Source of the DNA: Entomortierella parvispora E1425
Taxonomy: Eukaryota > Fungi > Mortierellomycota
Length of the DNA stretch: 64,000 bases
Reading direction: 5' to 3'
NCBI GenBank assembly: GCA_020891255.1
Contig: BQFW01000002.1
Location: 1,054,001 to 1,118,000, forward strand
Positions 59,078 to 64,000 of the stretch are shown in pieces; position 1 is the stretch's first letter, and each line of letters starts with the position of its first letter. Under the pieces are notes generated by a model. The model was not told where the DNA came from, searched no databases, and saw only the letters and a list, made by a program, of their open reading frames with translations. The translations under genes were made by a program, and so were the position numbers.

Positions 59078-60185
59078 AAAAAAAAAAAAAAAAAAAAAAA
59101 AAAGGTCTTCCCTCCACCCTGCATGGCCCACCCTGCAACACGGTCTCTGACCTTGGGGACATTGGGATTTCTACATCTATCGAACCACATTTCCTTTACT
59201 CCTTGTGCTTGTGCTCTCATCGCATAACCACCCCTTCCTCTTTCCCCCCCCATTGGTCATGCTCCCCTCACCCCCTCTCCCTGAAAATCATTTTTTTCTC
59301 TCTTCTTCCTTTTTTTTCTGTTCTTTCGTGCTCATCCTGTTTGAACGAAAAAAAAGAAAATCTCGGAAGGTTGTATTGTAGTTGTATCGCTCCCCACCAC
59401 ATTGTATATTCATATCTGCTCCCCACTTCTTTTTCGCTTTTCTATTTTTTTTCGCTTTTCTATTTTTTTTTTCTTTCGTTTTTTTTTTTCTTTTTTTTTT
59501 TTCTCGATATGTTGGTTAAACAATATTGTCTTCCATACCCCCCTACCAAGCAAAACAAAACAAACAAGCAAACAATCAAAAAAAAACAAACAAGAGAAAA
59601 GGAAGAGATATCTAACAACAGCTCAAAAAAAAATAAAATGAAAAGAAACAAACAACATGAACGATTCAATGGTATTCTGCCAACCATCTCCAGGGCCCAA
59701 AAACAAAAAAAAAAAAAAAAAACAAAAAAAAAAGAAAAAAAAAAAGGCAAGACTCGTTCCCTGTGATGTAACGTGGGGCAAGACGTCCAAAGTTTTCAGA
59801 AATGATGATGAGCCAATGCCAAAGTCAAGGAGAGGGAAGACATGAAGCATAGAATTGACTGTGTCGCTGTTCCTTTTTGGCAACGGCTCTCCGAAGAACG
59901 ACAGGATGATGGTTGATGGCTGAGGGAATTGTTCTTAGTCTGTGATGTGCGCCCCGCCCTGCACACACACTGTCGCGGGCGGGCGCACACAAAAAAAAAA
60001 AAGTTGCACACAGAAGTACATCCACAGGTAAACATGCACAATTTTTCGATCCATGCAGAGTAGCACAGACAACAGTCTTGTTCCTCCCGTTCCCCTCCCT
60101 CATTCTTGGTCAATCAAAGTAAATCAACAATGATGATCTGCGGGATTGACGCGAAAGTCCGAAAAAGAATGACCTTGGTCCACAA

Positions 60186-60218
<33 letters not shown>
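59078..60218. repeat. Region dense in poly(A)/poly(T) tracts (A26 at 59078-59103, T30 at 60189-60218, others)
   Basis: Seen directly between two convergent genes. Confidence 0.8.
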
Positions 60219-60219
<1 letters not shown>

Positions 60220-60818
60220 GCCCTCGCAGGCCCTCCCCCCTTTCCCTTCCAATTACGATTTACGATTCGAAGGTTGCAAGGTCCCAAGTGCCATTAACTG
60301 CTTTTCACTTAGCTTCTATCCCTGGGGAATTGCAGTCTAAATTTCTATCCTAGTCTTCTCCCTGACCCTCCCTCTCTTTCCCGACACTTTGGTCACGAAA
60401 GACGACTCGAGTCACGACAATGCCACCGGGAAACTAGGGAAATGATTGAACTAGATGACCACGAGTGTTCTCGCGTCGCCCTTCTTTTCGTCCCCCGCTT
60501 TCCCTTTTTTTTTTTTGAGTCCTGTATCTCAGGATGGGACGGGGGACGGAGACCATCCAAGAATACGAGAAGCAAGCGCAAGAAGAAATGACAGGTTCTT
60601 CTAGATCGCGGCCAGTTCTAGTGTTTGAGGCCAGAGCCCCCATTCTCCCTCCCTGACCTTCCTCACCTTCCCCCTTTCTCATTTTTTTGTTGTGGGCATC
60701 ACGATGACAACAGAGTTCAGATGGGAGGAAGCTGTTTGTTCATTCACAATGGATTTTTACTTTACAAAAGATATGAACCCCCAAAACTAGACAATACAAC
60801 AAAAGTGCTCTAACATTA

Positions 60819-63800
60819 TTATCCGCTTGTCATTGTTGTCCTCAATTCCAACGTCCCCTCGGCCTTGTCTTTCAGATCCGTTGTTCCGATAGTGTCGTCT
60901 TCCAAATCTGGCATGGTGTGTTGTTTACCGCTTGCATCTGCAGCGCCGCAAGCGCCAGCCATTGTTGTTGTTGTTGTCGTTGTCGTTGTTCGACCAATCT
61001 TCATCGAATCCAAAACCATAGCCGCCGCATCGACAGCAGATCCTGCACTTCCCTCCACAACTATCATATTCGTTTGATCCTCACCCGTTGCATCCTGGCT
61101 GCATGAATCCATTTGGGTTCGCTCGATAGTGTCGAAAACTGGCGCTTCGGATATTAGTCCAATCTCAGCCACCTCCTGTTCCACCTCCATGGCACTAGAG
61201 GATGGCGACTCCTGCCCCAGTTCCTTCACAGAGCTTGAGAAATTGATCAATGACTTTTTCGCTGTATCCGCCGCCAGGCTGTCTCGACGGGCAGTAAAGT
61301 CTGGAGTGGATCCAGTAGTAGTGCGCCTGAGAGAAGGAGCAGATGAACCCCGCAAGAGCGACCAAGGATCAAGCGCGTACTGATTCGACGCGGGTGGTGC
61401 CCTCCTTCTTTCGACTCTCGAGTCTTCGTCTTCTTCTTCCTTGTCCAGATCATCGTTGTCCGACTCATCCCGGCCATCAATATCGTCTTCATCTGACTGT
61501 CCAATAGCAGAGCGGGGAGAAGATTGCATTCGCTGGCGCCGCTCCCTGCTTCGGACATTGGATTGCTGCTGTTGCTGATCGTGAAGTGAAAGAGGACCAA
61601 GGGAAGACATTCGAATCATGTACGAGCCATGGGCTTGGTGCAGGCTAGGGGTGCTAGATATCTTTCGCGGTCGACGCAGGCTCGGATCCTCTTTTGTTTC
61701 GTCGTCAATTCCCGTCATTAAGCCTCTACCGCTTCCAGAGCTGTGGTGGGATGGAGGCGAGGATATGGAACGTAGGGCTGTAGAGTCAATTCTCACAGGC
61801 CCAGTAGACGTAGCAATCGAGGTTGAGGATGATCCGATGCGAGACAAAATGTTGTCATTGTTGTCCGTGACCATATCTTTATCCCTTGTTGGCATAGGTG
61901 GGGAAGTGGAGGGAGATCGATAAGGGCCAACAGAAGCCCTAGTATTGCTCCCAGCTGTTGTCATAATCGAGTCCTCATTTGTCGTAGGCGTCGCCTTGGA
62001 GGACTGAGGTCGAGTGAATGGTGTAGAGGCCATCCGTCGCAATGTACCCCCAAGACTATGGGCAGTGCTTCCAGAATGCACGATCCTGAACTCTGGCAAG
62101 TCCGGTAGCTCGTCCATTGTCAGTCGCCCACTCGCCTATGGAAGAGTTGCCCCAAAAACAAGGGTAAACCGGAGCTATTAGTGCGCCATTTCGCGTTTGA
62201 GGACAGTGTCTGTGCGTGCTCTCAATCTCCTCTTCAATGAGACAATTGAGATTAGATATTCCCGCCAAAACTTTGAAAAAAAGAGCGGGAAAAAAGGCAG
62301 AAAACAATGGCAGAGCCAACGGGAACTTACAACGAGCCCGGCCCAGTCCAGATACATCTTAATGGTCAACTCTAAGTGCTGACCCGAAGCAATTTCGACG
62401 CAACCCCATGGATGCTCCTTGCACCGAGTCCCATATTTGACTTGGAGCATCTGGGCATACTCGGCCACCTCTGAGAACTGGACAGTGTTCTTGCCAGGCG
62501 CTGCTAAACTTCTAGTCGCAGGACCAGAGTTGGACGACGAAGCCCTAGTAGAGAGCGGTAGAGGAGCTATTTCGGAAGCACTCCTAGGCGAGATTGCCAA
62601 TGCACTACCACTGCTGCTTGTGTGTCGATGATGATGAAGGCGCGACTGTTGTTGCAATTGATCACCATCAGAAGGCCGGAAATGGTGTGTAGGGCGGTGG
62701 CCAAGATAAGACCTGTGATCGACATGGGATGGATGGCTACTGGCAGATGAATTCGAGGAGGTCGATTCTGGCGGCGAGTCGCGGACTCGAGGGATACTGT
62801 CCCGCCTACGGATCGCAAATCCAGCCGAGCTTTCATCCTGCATCAGATCTGGAGAAGGAGACCGTAAATCCCGCGAGCGAGAAGGAGTGTGGTAATGAGG
62901 GGGGAGAGCAGACGTGGATCCTGCTTCTCCCGCCCGACCGTGATGGACAGGCTTTTGGTACAAAACGGAACCTGTACCATGGTTATTGCTACCATATGGT
63001 CCGGGTACGTGCTTGACCTAAGAATTGGAGACGTGGTTCATGACACACGTTAGGGCTATCTTATGTTGTTTTGCGACAACAGGCCATTCTACTTACCGCC
63101 GACGCTCTGGCTTGATTGAGCAAAGTTCCTGTGGAGGCTCGACGTTTAAGAGGCTGGTATCTGTTCGGATCCTCGTCCATATCATCAAACTCATCGACGC
63201 CGTGAGGCTGACGCTCCTCCAGATCCTCATCATCCTCTCTAAGATCGTCCTCCTGCAGGTCGTCTTCTTCAGCTTCTTCGCCTTCTACACTTGTAGAAGT
63301 CGGGATACGGCCTATTGCAACATTGAGTGAGTAGCTGATCCAAGTCCAAGCAAGAGCAATACAAGCATAAACTGCAAATAGACAAGAAAATACTTACGTT
63401 TCTTGAATACCGACTCATCGCGCTTTCTCTTTGAGAGAGCGCTCGGCGTCAAACCGTTGAACGAATCCAAATGTGAGCCATGTGAATCGATGACAGAACT
63501 GGATCCATGAGAGAGCGAAGAGTGTCCACGAAAGGAGAGTTCCTGACCGCTGGGTGTCCGCGCGTGATGGGATGGCATTAAGACAGGTGTTGGAGTGCTG
63601 TACGCTTTTTGCGGCACCATCTGATGCTGATGCTGATGTAAACGTTGTTGTGATTGGGCTTGGGAAGCAGAGTGATGGGCGTAGATCTGCTGTTGCTGTT
63701 GTTGTTGTTTGCTGGACTGGGTTCGTTGAGGCTGTTGGTAGGGTGGCCTCTGCTGCGTTGGGGGTTGTTGTTGCTGGTGAGAGTACGACTGCTGCTGAAG

Positions 63801-64000
63801 ACTTGGATGCGGTCTCTGAGAGATGGACAAGTTGGCGATTTGGGTGGTGTCGATCGACGAGGACGAGTAGTGATGGCCAGCCCTACCTCCTCCTCCAAGG
63901 CTAGAATACGCACCTCCACTGGGCTGTCGTTGCCGATTTGCCTGGGAGCCATAGGCGTGTCCATGTCCGTCGTCATCTCCATTCTCAGTCATCATTACGG
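60819..64000 (-). CDS. 5'-truncated large low-complexity (Q/S/H/D-rich) protein with a central C-x2-H-x3-C-x7-H module
   Basis: Exons >64000-63398, 63311-63097, 63017-62331 and 62135-60819 join in frame, each intron with a GTAAGT donor. The frame is open at the window edge. Confidence 0.8.

Noticed and set aside
1-64000. Cryptic PTS1 by stop read-through, U12-type introns, TPP riboswitch, CRISPR arrays, transposase/RT ORFs
   Set aside because: I checked most stop contexts and the modelled donors by eye and found none. The one ATATCCTT hit in the ABC gene is exonic.

Overview
Gene-dense, intron-rich fungal genomic DNA. GT-AG introns with CTAAC/CTGAC branch points and the protein style suggest an early-diverging fungus, probably Mortierellaceae (inference, not verified). 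I hand-spliced about 25 protein-coding genes. In order they are: FHIT/HNT2, a GCN4/CpcA-like bZIP with a two-uORF leader, RIB3, a small secreted peptide, RFC3, GSH2, a CaMK with a ~400-aa N-extension, a full-size ABCG transporter, an alpha-arrestin, a TTM3-like CYTH enzyme, three intronless membrane genes (DUF2456-like, SGNH/GDS-DxxH protein, mucin-like sensor), SGT1, a hypothetical ORF, TFA2, beta-carbonic anhydrase, a bacterial-type LUD-domain gene, KGD2, a 139-aa RVxF/TPY protein, TDG, STI1, PSF2, a Ran1/Pat1-like kinase, and a 5'-truncated low-complexity protein with a C-H-C-H module. I found no supportable tRNA, rRNA, CRISPR array or transposon. The most interesting items are the GCN4-type control locus, the 5-nt FHIT microexon, the candidate PP1-docking small protein, the TTM3-like and LUD genes, the SGNH/mucin tandem, and E2F-like sites upstream of replication genes.
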